Of a stretch of 53,568 nt of DNA, positions 24,312-33,171 are shown in pieces. How positions within the stretch are numbered: position 1 is the stretch's first letter; each line of letters starts with the position of its first letter. The stretch covers positions 1 through 53,568 of the IMG/VR virus record IMGVR_UViG_3300048925_000677. The stretch is one strand, 5' to 3'. Position numbers and translations under genes: made by a program. The DNA is from a virus. Taxonomy: Duplodnaviria > Heunggongvirae > Uroviricota > Caudoviricetes. Below the pieces are notes generated by a model. That model searched no databases and had not been told where the DNA came from. It saw only the letters and a list, made by a program, of their open reading frames with translations.

Positions 24312-24748
24312 TACGCAACCACCAGTGCGCCCATACCGTTGGCCGGCCACACGACCGAGAAGGTCGCGGCGACAGAGCCGTAGTCGGCACCGAAGTCGAG
24401 GTAGCCCACCAAGGGGCGCGTCGCATCAGAGCCTGGCGTCGAGTCGTACAGGATCGCGTACCGCGCGGTGATCGTCGACGCTGGCCAGACGCCGTTGGCG
24501 CCCGAGAAGGACAGCGTGTTGGTCGGCGAATCGTAGGCGATGGTCAGTGGACTGACTGTGGTCCCGCCGGCGATGTAGCCGGGCGCGGACACCTCGTTGG
24601 TGATGTGGTTCTTGTAGCGGTGAGCGTCCTGATCGGGTACGTACAGGTTGGTGCAGAGCATCAACTTGAAGGTGTCCGAGTCGATGTCGATCTCTTTGTT
24701 CATGAGGCTTCGGTAGAAGCCGGCGTAAAACTTGGCTGTAGGCGCCAT
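24311..24748 (-). CDS. minor tail protein
   Basis: DTFKLML..YVPDQDAH....NEVS..GY.AGG, typical actinophage minor tail motif. Confidence 0.8.
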   Translation of the reverse strand: MAPTAKFYAGFYRSLMNKEIDIDSDTFKLMLCTNLYVPDQDAHRYKNHITNEVSAPGYIAGGTTVSPLTIAYDSPTNTLSFSGANGVWPASTITARYAILYDSTPGSDATRPLVGYLDFGADYGSVAATFSVVWPANGMGALVVA

Positions 24749-24774
24749 GTGGAGTGCCTTTCGTGAGCACGGCG

Positions 24775-24806
24775 CAGCAGCCGCCCCAGTATTGGAGCGG
24801 CTGCTG
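24775..24806. terminator. intergenic hairpin (terminator or mRNA stabiliser)
   Basis: CAGCAGCCGC/GCGGCTGCTG 10-bp IR, no U-tract. Confidence 0.4.
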
Positions 24807-24817
24807 GCACGGAGGGC

Positions 24818-26896
24818 TTAGGCGAGGGTGAAGTCGAGGATGTACGGCAGCGACGAGTTGTTCGAGACGTCGGCATTGCCCATGGACGTTGTAGCGCCCA
24901 TTCGCGGAACGGAAGCTGCGACAGCGACTTCCAGACTCGGGTCAGGCATGGCGGCTGTGGATTCCATGCGCACCGCAGCGATAACAACAGCGGCAGAGGG
25001 ATCGACGATGAACATGTCCGCCGTGGCTTCCATGCGTCCGACGTTCACCACCGCGGGAACGGCGACATACCAGTCACGTAGCTGCCAGTCGTCGACGGTT
25101 CCGGCTGGCTCACCGGATGCGAACGAGATTCGGAAACCGCCGTAGCGGTAGTTTGATCCGTGCTCGACCGCGGAACCCACCGAGGTCCATTCCAGCCCGA
25201 CTGTTGAACCGTCCTTGAGGGCGGTGTACTTGTCGTCGGTCTGGTTGTAGTACAGGCTCCATGTGCCTGATCCGCCGACGTTGAGCGACGCCCGCTCGGT
25301 GAGGGAATCGATTGGGCCTGAGTAGATCTTGGCGCTGGTGTTATTGACCGCGAGATACACGACCTGGGTGAAGTCGCGGCTGCAGTGCAGCATGACCCCG
25401 CATCGGGCGGTCGAGTTCGCGTTGATAACCAGCGATGCCTCGACCTTGTTGACGTCGCGCGTGCACCGATGGATATAGAGGGCAGCCTGGTCGCCGTCGT
25501 CAGTTCCCGTGTAGCCGAAGGCTTCTTCGTAGACGTCGATGAGGCCGGCGTTCGTCGACTGCCGCACCCACATACCGCCGATGGCGGAGCGAGTTGCGTT
25601 GTCGCTGAAGAGTCGGTCGACCTCGGGCATACTCTTGGCGGCCAGCATGAACCAGTTGAGGGTGGACCCATCCGCGCGCGCGTCTGCCGCCTGCCCGGAG
25701 GTGTAGGAGGTAAGCGTGGTGAGAGTGGAGCCGACCGTCTTGAAGCCGTCCTCGGGGGCCGAGACCACGCGCGTAATGCCGATGATCCTCGCTGTCGTGT
25801 TGACCGTCGAGGAGTTGCGCAGACGCGCTAGGTAGCGCTCCCCTGACGAGACCACGAGCCGCGACGGGAGAGTGAACTCGTAGTAGGCCGTCTCGGTCGT
25901 CAGGCTGCTGGAGAATTCCCTGCTGTAGATCCGCGTCAGGGAGCCGTTGTCGTTTTCCTTGAACAGCTCCAGGTAGACGTTGTTGATCGTCCCCGCGTCT
26001 TTCCACGCGATAACCCCGATGGTGTCGTGCACCGTAGTGTTGGCGACGGTCAGGTAGGAGCCGCGGCTCTCATGCTGATTGACCGACCAGCCCGCGGGAG
26101 CTGATATGCCACCATCCATTTTGTGGGTATGGGACGTGCCGGCGGTGGCATCGCCAGTGTCACCAAAGACCTGCAGGTGGTTGTTGTACGCCTCCGGGTA
26201 GGTGACGTCAGAGATCGGATACCGGCAGACCCACTGTGGGTTCCGGGCATCGGAGACGATGGCCGAAATCGTGAAACTCTGCTGGTCAGTCTTCTGGCGG
26301 GCGATGCCCTTGCGCAGGTCCGGAATGAGGGCACCGATGATCGGGATGCCTCGCAGGCCGGACATGATCGCGTCAATGACGCCCTGGATGAAGTTCTCCG
26401 CCGCCCTGACTGCCAGGTTGATCGCCTGAATGGCGCCAGTGAGCCCGGTGACCAGGGTCTGCGGAATCGCCCCAATGACGGCCGCGGCGTTGCTCCACAG
26501 GTTCTGCGTAAGCCCGGCGAGGGTGAGTGCGGTGCCCTTGATGGCGTCGCCGGCCCAGTCGACCGCATCCTCGATGGCGTCCCCCGCCGACGCTCCAATC
26601 CGCGTGAGCAGGCGCCGCAGCATGTTCGCCGCCGTTTCGGCCGCATTCCACAGGTCCGAGGCCCAGCTACTGAGTTGCTCGAAGGCTCCGCCGATGCCGT
26701 GAACGAACACACCGTTGACGGCCTTCACAACCTCCCGGAGGAGCATCTCCAGAAAGTTGCCCCGGAAGTGGTCGATCTCTTGAGGGGACTTGGGCGGATT
26801 CTTGCCACTGCCATCCGTGGAGGGGGTGACATACCCGTCGGGCATACCCGACGGGGTAACAGGAGTGTTTGGAAAATCCTTCTGGCCCTCGGCCAC
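24818..26896 (-). CDS. minor tail protein
   Basis: 692 aa ORF in tail module. Confidence 0.8.
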   Translation of the reverse strand: MAEGQKDFPNTPVTPSGMPDGYVTPSTDGSGKNPPKSPQEIDHFRGNFLEMLLREVVKAVNGVFVHGIGGAFEQLSSWASDLWNAAETAANMLRRLLTRIGASAGDAIEDAVDWAGDAIKGTALTLAGLTQNLWSNAAAVIGAIPQTLVTGLTGAIQAINLAVRAAENFIQGVIDAIMSGLRGIPIIGALIPDLRKGIARQKTDQQSFTISAIVSDARNPQWVCRYPISDVTYPEAYNNHLQVFGDTGDATAGTSHTHKMDGGISAPAGWSVNQHESRGSYLTVANTTVHDTIGVIAWKDAGTINNVYLELFKENDNGSLTRIYSREFSSSLTTETAYYEFTLPSRLVVSSGERYLARLRNSSTVNTTARIIGITRVVSAPEDGFKTVGSTLTTLTSYTSGQAADARADGSTLNWFMLAAKSMPEVDRLFSDNATRSAIGGMWVRQSTNAGLIDVYEEAFGYTGTDDGDQAALYIHRCTRDVNKVEASLVINANSTARCGVMLHCSRDFTQVVYLAVNNTSAKIYSGPIDSLTERASLNVGGSGTWSLYYNQTDDKYTALKDGSTVGLEWTSVGSAVEHGSNYRYGGFRISFASGEPAGTVDDWQLRDWYVAVPAVVNVGRMEATADMFIVDPSAAVVIAAVRMESTAAMPDPSLEVAVAASVPRMGATTSMGNADVSNNSSLPYILDFTLA

Positions 26897-26907
26897 GAGA
26901 CCTCCTC

Positions 26908-27771
26908 TTAGAGAACGGGAACGACCTCGACGCAGTACGTCGCGTCAGGCGACCCAGGGGTCGACCACGGGTTGCTGGACGGGGCCTTCTGTTCGGCCAT
27001 GAGGTAGACCACTGCGGGATTGCCGGCCAGCACCTTGCCGTATCCGCCAGGCATTGAAACGCCGGCCGGGGGCGCGGGGATCAGGATCGGAATCGGGGGC
27101 GACACGCCCGCAACGCCTTTCGCGTAACCGACCTGATCACCGGTCGTGGGATGTCCCACGCGCACGACGAGGTCAACGCGAGTATCCGCGGAGCCGACGA
27201 CGGGGACCTGAGCGAAAGGCCTTGGGTACCAGTCGAATGGCTGCGCCGGGATAGCAATACTGGAAAGCGACCGCTGGCCCGATGCGTTGTACGCCGTCGA
27301 GACGATAGTGGTCGGGACGTACATGTTGCCGATCTTCGGCGCGGTAGGAACCCACTTACCATCGGATGCGCGGTACACGATGTGGTAGCTGTCCGTGCCG
27401 GCGCCCAGCGTTGGCGAGCTGGCCAGGTCCGCGGCGTTGGAGATGATGATCGAGCCGGTCTCACCCTGTTGGCCAGAGTGGATGAAGAACTCCATCGTGT
27501 AGTGAGCCGCCACGCCGGGCCCGCCCTCGCTCACGGTGATGACGCGCGGGTTCGGCACCGGCAGTGGCTCATCCGGGTCTACCTGCGTCATGGTGATCGC
27601 GTCGAAGACCGGCGGCTTGCCAGACTCGCCGGTGGCCAGGAACGGCAGATTGCCGAACCCGCCGTCAGGGGTGAGGATGAGGTAAGCGACGCCGGTTTCG
27701 GGATTGGCGCCATTAACGACGGTGACCCGGCCCTCGAAGGTGAGATTGTTCCCATCGACGGTTACAGCCAT
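26908..27771 (-). CDS. minor tail protein
   Basis: 287 aa ORF in tail module. Confidence 0.75.
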   Translation of the reverse strand: MAVTVDGNNLTFEGRVTVVNGANPETGVAYLILTPDGGFGNLPFLATGESGKPPVFDAITMTQVDPDEPLPVPNPRVITVSEGGPGVAAHYTMEFFIHSGQQGETGSIIISNAADLASSPTLGAGTDSYHIVYRASDGKWVPTAPKIGNMYVPTTIVSTAYNASGQRSLSSIAIPAQPFDWYPRPFAQVPVVGSADTRVDLVVRVGHPTTGDQVGYAKGVAGVSPPIPILIPAPPAGVSMPGGYGKVLAGNPAVVYLMAEQKAPSSNPWSTPGSPDATYCVEVVPVL

Positions 27772-27842
27772 AGAGAGATTCCCCTATCTATTTCCCCACT
27801 CCTCAATCCATGCCGGAAGGGGTTGCGGGAATGCGTAATTGG

Positions 27843-28775
27843 TTAGTAGAGCCAGACGATGCGGAGATAAGCCGGGCCACCGTTGCCGCCCCGGCCAGAG
27901 CCGCCGCCAACGGTGGTACTGCCAGCGGCACCACCGCCACCGCCCGAGCCATAGCCCAGGCCGTGCGCACCGTGCTCGCGGGATACGGTCGAGTTGATAT
28001 AGCCGCCACCACCGCCGCCGCCGGGCTGACCCGGGATGGCCGCGGCCGAAGCGGTCGCATCAGCGCTCGCGCTCGCACCTACGCCGCCAGCACCATTGGG
28101 CGTTGACCCGCCGTTACTGCCGTTGGGCGCGAACGAGCCGCTGGAGTTGGCTCCGCCGCCAGCTCCGCCACCCGCGGCGCCGCCATACAGGCGCGCGCCG
28201 GACGATGTGATCGGAGAATTGGGTGGAGTTGCGGGTCCAGTGCCAGATGTGTAGCCGTCATCGCCGGGCGATCCGAGGAGATCCCCGAATTCGCCGGGCT
28301 GGCCTCCTGGCGCCGAGCCGGACGTGCCGCCAGCGCCGCCGAGACCACCACTCGCGGTGAGGGTCAGACCGCCGGAGGTGAATGTCGCCGCACCGCCAGC
28401 GGTCCCGGCGACGCCCGAGCCCGTGACGGCAATGGCTGCGCCACCCGTGCCGCGGGTGCCCATGGTGACGGTATAGGTCGGGCCGAGAGCGTCGGCCGGG
28501 ATGAAGCGCTCAACGAGGACATTGCCACCCGCGCCGCCGCCTCCACCGCGTCGGTTGGTACTGCCGGCGCTGTAATTGCCGCTACCAGCCCCGCCGCCGG
28601 CGCCGATGGCCATGAGTAGGCAGCCCTTGATTCCCGCAGGAGTGGGGGCATTGACCACGCCACCTGTGTCGGTGGTGTATTCGGCGACGGTGACGAGGTT
28701 GTTGATGGCCTCGGCGATCTTGGTAAGTTCGGCGCCGGTGACAGCCTCCCCGGTTACCCAGGTTTTCAATGCCAT
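27843..28775 (-). CDS. glycine-rich minor tail protein
   Basis: Extensive GGxGG repeats, C-terminal GGNGGPAYLRIVW. Confidence 0.8.
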   Translation of the reverse strand: MALKTWVTGEAVTGAELTKIAEAINNLVTVAEYTTDTGGVVNAPTPAGIKGCLLMAIGAGGGAGSGNYSAGSTNRRGGGGGAGGNVLVERFIPADALGPTYTVTMGTRGTGGAAIAVTGSGVAGTAGGAATFTSGGLTLTASGGLGGAGGTSGSAPGGQPGEFGDLLGSPGDDGYTSGTGPATPPNSPITSSGARLYGGAAGGGAGGGANSSGSFAPNGSNGGSTPNGAGGVGASASADATASAAAIPGQPGGGGGGGYINSTVSREHGAHGLGYGSGGGGGAAGSTTVGGGSGRGGNGGPAYLRIVWLY

Positions 28776-28801
28776 GCGTATGGCTCCTTAGCGTTTAAGA
28801 A

Positions 28802-30535
28802 TTACTCCGGGGTCAGCAGGATGGCGTTGACGGTTTTGCCGAGATTGGCGATCTGACGCTGCGTCCGAACGACGGGCGCCTCTTCGCGCTTGCCGTCGCC
28901 GATTTGCACCATGACGGTGGCCCGTTCCTGCCGGGTATCGGAGAGGATGATGTTCTCGATGTAGTCGGTGTAGACCATCCAGTTACGAATCACCGTCGCG
29001 AGAGAGCCGGGCATGATATCGCGCCCGATTTCGTACGGAATTCCGTTCTGGAATGTCACCTGACCGGAGATGTATCCGCGGGTATTCCACATCTCGCGCT
29101 TGAGCGCGAAAATGGCGTCGAGGGTGTACGGCGCCGATCCCGTGGGCACGAATACCTCGGGATATCCGTATGGGCCCATCTTCACTCGGCGGGTGTAGTT
29201 ATCCGCCAATTGGAATGCGAGCAATACGTCGTTGAATAGGCCGTCGAACATGTTGGACGCAATTCCCGTAATACCGACAATGACCATGATCATGTCAAGA
29301 ATGAACGAGAACGTCGCGTTAATTAGGTCATCTATCCACTTCGGAGATTTGCCGCCGACAATTACGCGCCACGATTCGGGCGTGTGATGCGACATTTTCC
29401 CCTGGACGCCACTCTTTGGATCGTCGGCATTGAGAACTACCCACGGGTCTTCGAAATGGATTCCAAGCGCTGGTGCGATATTCCATCCGTCGGGCTTGTA
29501 TTCGCCCTTAGGGTTCAGGAATGGCGCGAGGATCTCGCCGAATACGGAAGCCTGCAGATCAACGGCCTGACGCAAGATTCCGTCGAAGAACGTGCCGGTC
29601 GGACCAACCACGCCCATACGGTCTTTGATGTCGACGACAATGGTCGCGACCGTGAGCGGGAATTTACCAACGCCAGGAGGCTGAGGCATTCCGGGAAGCC
29701 AGAGATTCACCTCGACGCACAGGCCGTTGTCCTGCACGATCTTTTCGAAGATGGAGGCGATCTTGTCCATGCGCCAGTTCACGGTGATGAATGGCGAAGT
29801 GTCCTTGAGTGGATTACTCGGCACGACATAAATAGGCGTGCGAATCATTCGCATGACATCGGCTACGTCGAACTTATTGTTCGGGCCGTCGACATCCTGC
29901 AGGAGCGCAGTTTGGAACCAGGAGTGCCAATCGAGATTGCCGCTAAGGAGGTTATTCACCATGTTCCACAAGCCCGACTGCAAACGGAATGCGTTCACGC
30001 CGAGGATGTATTTCAGGCAGGAAATTGCGGGACCAATTGCGACGCCTCGTGACGGCACCTGGATTTGCAGTGGCAGCAAGAAGTTCGGCCAAGCGAGAAT
30101 CTTCAGAAGCCAGGCGTAATCGCCCTCAAGCTCGCACTCGACAAAGTCGGCCCTACCCGGGCTATTGAAGTTGTCGTGAGCCACCTTGACGCGCCCGGAC
30201 CACATAAGATTGCCGACCTCGATAGTGATCGGGACGGTTGTCTCGTGACAGGTAAGGACGGTATTAGCGGCCGGGTCTGAGCGGGCCAGGGTGAGTTTGC
30301 CGGTGGGCACCTGATTGCGCGGCCAAGAGGCAGCCAATTCGAGATAGTTCGCGCACTCCCACATCGGGATGTAGAACTTGTCGTAGATCGTGACGACGAT
30401 TCGGGTATCGAAGATGGCAGCCTTTTCAACCGCGGCTGCCATCTTCGCCGCGCTCACCGCCGTGTACATATCGGAGGCGAGCTTTGCCTTGAGGTCATCG
30501 AGGGACTGCTTGTCGAATTCAATCGACAATGACAA
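28802..30535 (-). CDS. minor tail protein (tail hub / Gp37-like)
   Basis: Second large gene after tape measure; WPNF.LPLQIQ, VIVGGKSP.W motifs of mycobacteriophage hub proteins. Confidence 0.85.
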   Translation of the reverse strand: MSLSIEFDKQSLDDLKAKLASDMYTAVSAAKMAAAVEKAAIFDTRIVVTIYDKFYIPMWECANYLELAASWPRNQVPTGKLTLARSDPAANTVLTCHETTVPITIEVGNLMWSGRVKVAHDNFNSPGRADFVECELEGDYAWLLKILAWPNFLLPLQIQVPSRGVAIGPAISCLKYILGVNAFRLQSGLWNMVNNLLSGNLDWHSWFQTALLQDVDGPNNKFDVADVMRMIRTPIYVVPSNPLKDTSPFITVNWRMDKIASIFEKIVQDNGLCVEVNLWLPGMPQPPGVGKFPLTVATIVVDIKDRMGVVGPTGTFFDGILRQAVDLQASVFGEILAPFLNPKGEYKPDGWNIAPALGIHFEDPWVVLNADDPKSGVQGKMSHHTPESWRVIVGGKSPKWIDDLINATFSFILDMIMVIVGITGIASNMFDGLFNDVLLAFQLADNYTRRVKMGPYGYPEVFVPTGSAPYTLDAIFALKREMWNTRGYISGQVTFQNGIPYEIGRDIMPGSLATVIRNWMVYTDYIENIILSDTRQERATVMVQIGDGKREEAPVVRTQRQIANLGKTVNAILLTPE

Positions 30536-30543
30536 CCTCCTAA

Positions 30544-33084
30544 TTAGTCTGGCCAGCGCCTCTTCGGGGTGATGGAGGCGATGACGCGCGAGTCGTAGTC
30601 GCCGCCTTCGATTTCGACGGTCATCTGAACGGTCTCAGCGACGGACCCGAGATTTCGGGCGGGAATAGGCTTGGACCAACGCCCCTTGAGAAGGGAGTAC
30701 AACTTGTCGTTTTTCGGTGCGCCGCTTGGGATCTGGTAGACACCACGCTTGCCGGGATGCGTCTCGATGAGCGCGATCTCGCCCTCCTTGAGGGGGCCGA
30801 AAACGATGTTGGCGTCAGTGCCCGCGCCATTGCTGAACCGGAATGTCCCCGGGCCATAAACCACGAGAGTCGGATGGGCCGGCTGGTCACCGAAGTTGGT
30901 GAGATTCAGGTATCCGGACTGCTTGATCGCGGCGTTGTCGCCCATCCGCCAGTCCAAGACCGACGGCGGGATCTTCTGGCTGAAGGTGCCGTCACCGGAC
31001 TCCATGCCAAAGCCGCCGCGGCGGTAGTTCACGCCCAACGCAGAGGCGGTGCCCTTCTCCTTGTAGGTGAAAAGCGTTGAGCCGTGCCGGCGGACGACGA
31101 ATGTCCGCGGTTCGCCCGCGCGACCGCACACCAGGGACCATGACTCACCCGGGTAGGGCATCCACGGCAGCACCTGCTGCTTGTTCCACACCTCGACGCC
31201 GGCCACGAACGCGGACAGGCGAACCCACTGGGGGCCGATCCGCAGGCGAATCCCCGTCGGGGCGGCGTCATTGGTGTCGCGCCGCCCCCAGACGTCGATG
31301 AAAGCCGCGTCAGGGAAGGGGAACTGGAAGAGGTCGCCGATGGTGATCGAATGGACCTGGAAGTCGGTGTCGGTCTTCTCGGGCGCGCCGTCGGTGCTGG
31401 TGTAGACCTGCACGTAGGGATCGATCCCGCCGGTGAGTGCGGCACCCTTCATCTCGGGCACGCGCTGCTTGGCGTAGGCGCCCTGGAAGGACACCTGATA
31501 GGTCGTGACGCCGCCCGCGGTCACCGGATTGGAGACCGCGACGTCGCCAATCGCGATGCTGGGCAAAGCCTCCAGGGCGAGCCTGACCGTGTCCGCTGTC
31601 GCCGGATGACTGATCGACGAAGTCGTCTCGCTGCCGTTGTAGGTCAGATTCCACGTGAGTGGCGATCCGTGAATCTCGACGGTCTGCACCTCACTTGCGC
31701 CGAGCCAGCGGTTGATGCACTTGCGCCCGAGGGCGGTATCAACCCAGACGGTGTTTCCGTTAACTGCACGGACGTAGCCCGGGCCGGTGCCCGTGTAGTA
31801 CAGCGGCCACGCGCCCCCCAACCCTGTGGTCGTCGTGGTGGCGAAGTTGTCCAGGTCCGTCATCGGGATGTTGATGCCGTCGGAGTTGCCACCGGCGCGG
31901 ATGAACTTCACCTGCGCCGGAGTTGCCTGAGTGAGGATGGCTCCGCCGGCGGACAGGCCAAAGCCCACGCCGAGGTGATCGAGATCAGCCACGTGGTGCA
32001 GATAGCCGTCGGCGTTGACGATGGTGTGGTCGTTGCGCTTCAGGACAAGCTCGAAGGGGTCGTCCTCCGTGCCGCAGTAGAAGCTGAAAACGTCATTGCG
32101 CAGCGGCGGGATGAGAACGAATTCTCGATCCAGGACCGTCTCTTCAAAGTCGATAAATGCGGAGATCTGGCAGAAGCCCCAGCCGACAGTGGCGCGGACG
32201 CCGTCGCCGTTCCAGGTCCCGTCGGGATTGCGCCCCATGCGGCCCCAGATGTGGTTCGCCGCACCGGCGCCCGGGGTGAACTCGGGAGTGTTGGCGATCT
32301 GGATGGTGATCTTCTGCATGTGTCCAGGCGTGGAGTAGGCCGCCTTCGGGCCGATGACCACGCTCTTGCGACCCGTGAAGGTCGTGTCGGGGTCATTGGC
32401 GGTCCAGCGCGCGCGGCCGTGGCCCTTCTTGGTGTCTTCCGCGGTACACACGCCGCCGCCGGGGCCCGTGTAGGTCTGCGCCCAGTTGACGCCGAGCGTT
32501 CCCTCGCCGTCGCGGTTGAAGTCGTCGAACGCCGCTTCGAAATCCAGCGAGAATTCAGAGACCGAGTCGACCGACTCCCAGAAGGCGTCGTCGTTACGGA
32601 CCGTCCAGGTGAACGCCCACTCGCGCGTCTCGACGCCATGGTGGCGCTTCTCGGGCGGGGCCTTATAAAGCCTTGGCTTGCACGACCACACGCCGGCGTC
32701 CGGCGTGACCCAGTACAGCGTGCCCGGGTTCTCCGGGTCCCACGCGGCGTACCACTGGCGGATGACGCGACGTAGACCCTCGGGGGTCCGGGCGGTGGCC
32801 ACCAGCTTCATCTGGATTTCGGCCGGGTCGTAGACCGTGTCGGTCCATGTGGCGCCGTCCTGGCGGGCGCCCTTGTGATCTAGATGAGAAAAGATAGGGT
32901 GAAGGCCTTGCATGCCTTCGGCGAGGATGACTCCCTCGGTGACGCCAGGGAACGGCTGCGGGCCACCGTGCAAGAAGAAGGTGGCTTCGCCATCCGCGCT
33001 GACGTAGAGAATGAATGGTTCAGCGCCCGACTTGAGGAGCTGAATCCCGTAAGGCGTGATGCGCCCCGCGGGGAAGATAGACAT
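30544..33084 (-). CDS. distal tail (Dit-like) minor tail protein with inserted domains
   Basis: First gene after tape measure; QDGATW.DTVYDP motif; 846 aa. Confidence 0.82.
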   Translation of the reverse strand: MSIFPAGRITPYGIQLLKSGAEPFILYVSADGEATFFLHGGPQPFPGVTEGVILAEGMQGLHPIFSHLDHKGARQDGATWTDTVYDPAEIQMKLVATARTPEGLRRVIRQWYAAWDPENPGTLYWVTPDAGVWSCKPRLYKAPPEKRHHGVETREWAFTWTVRNDDAFWESVDSVSEFSLDFEAAFDDFNRDGEGTLGVNWAQTYTGPGGGVCTAEDTKKGHGRARWTANDPDTTFTGRKSVVIGPKAAYSTPGHMQKITIQIANTPEFTPGAGAANHIWGRMGRNPDGTWNGDGVRATVGWGFCQISAFIDFEETVLDREFVLIPPLRNDVFSFYCGTEDDPFELVLKRNDHTIVNADGYLHHVADLDHLGVGFGLSAGGAILTQATPAQVKFIRAGGNSDGINIPMTDLDNFATTTTTGLGGAWPLYYTGTGPGYVRAVNGNTVWVDTALGRKCINRWLGASEVQTVEIHGSPLTWNLTYNGSETTSSISHPATADTVRLALEALPSIAIGDVAVSNPVTAGGVTTYQVSFQGAYAKQRVPEMKGAALTGGIDPYVQVYTSTDGAPEKTDTDFQVHSITIGDLFQFPFPDAAFIDVWGRRDTNDAAPTGIRLRIGPQWVRLSAFVAGVEVWNKQQVLPWMPYPGESWSLVCGRAGEPRTFVVRRHGSTLFTYKEKGTASALGVNYRRGGFGMESGDGTFSQKIPPSVLDWRMGDNAAIKQSGYLNLTNFGDQPAHPTLVVYGPGTFRFSNGAGTDANIVFGPLKEGEIALIETHPGKRGVYQIPSGAPKNDKLYSLLKGRWSKPIPARNLGSVAETVQMTVEIEGGDYDSRVIASITPKRRWPD

Positions 33085-33124
33085 AGAGCCCCTCTCATCA
33101 GGGTCGGCCTCAAAAAGGGACGAG

Positions 33125-33159
33125 AAAGGGGGCCGAGACTCGAAAGTCCCGACCCCCCT
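33125..33159 (-). terminator. intrinsic terminator after tape measure gene
   Basis: On - strand GGGGGTCGGGACT-TTCG-AGTCTCGGCCCCT followed by T-rich tract. Confidence 0.7.
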
Positions 33160-33171
33160 TCACTATTCGGT

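Noticed and set aside
27843-28775. GGC/GCC-rich repeats as a non-coding repeat array
   Set aside because: Explained by the glycine-rich minor tail protein
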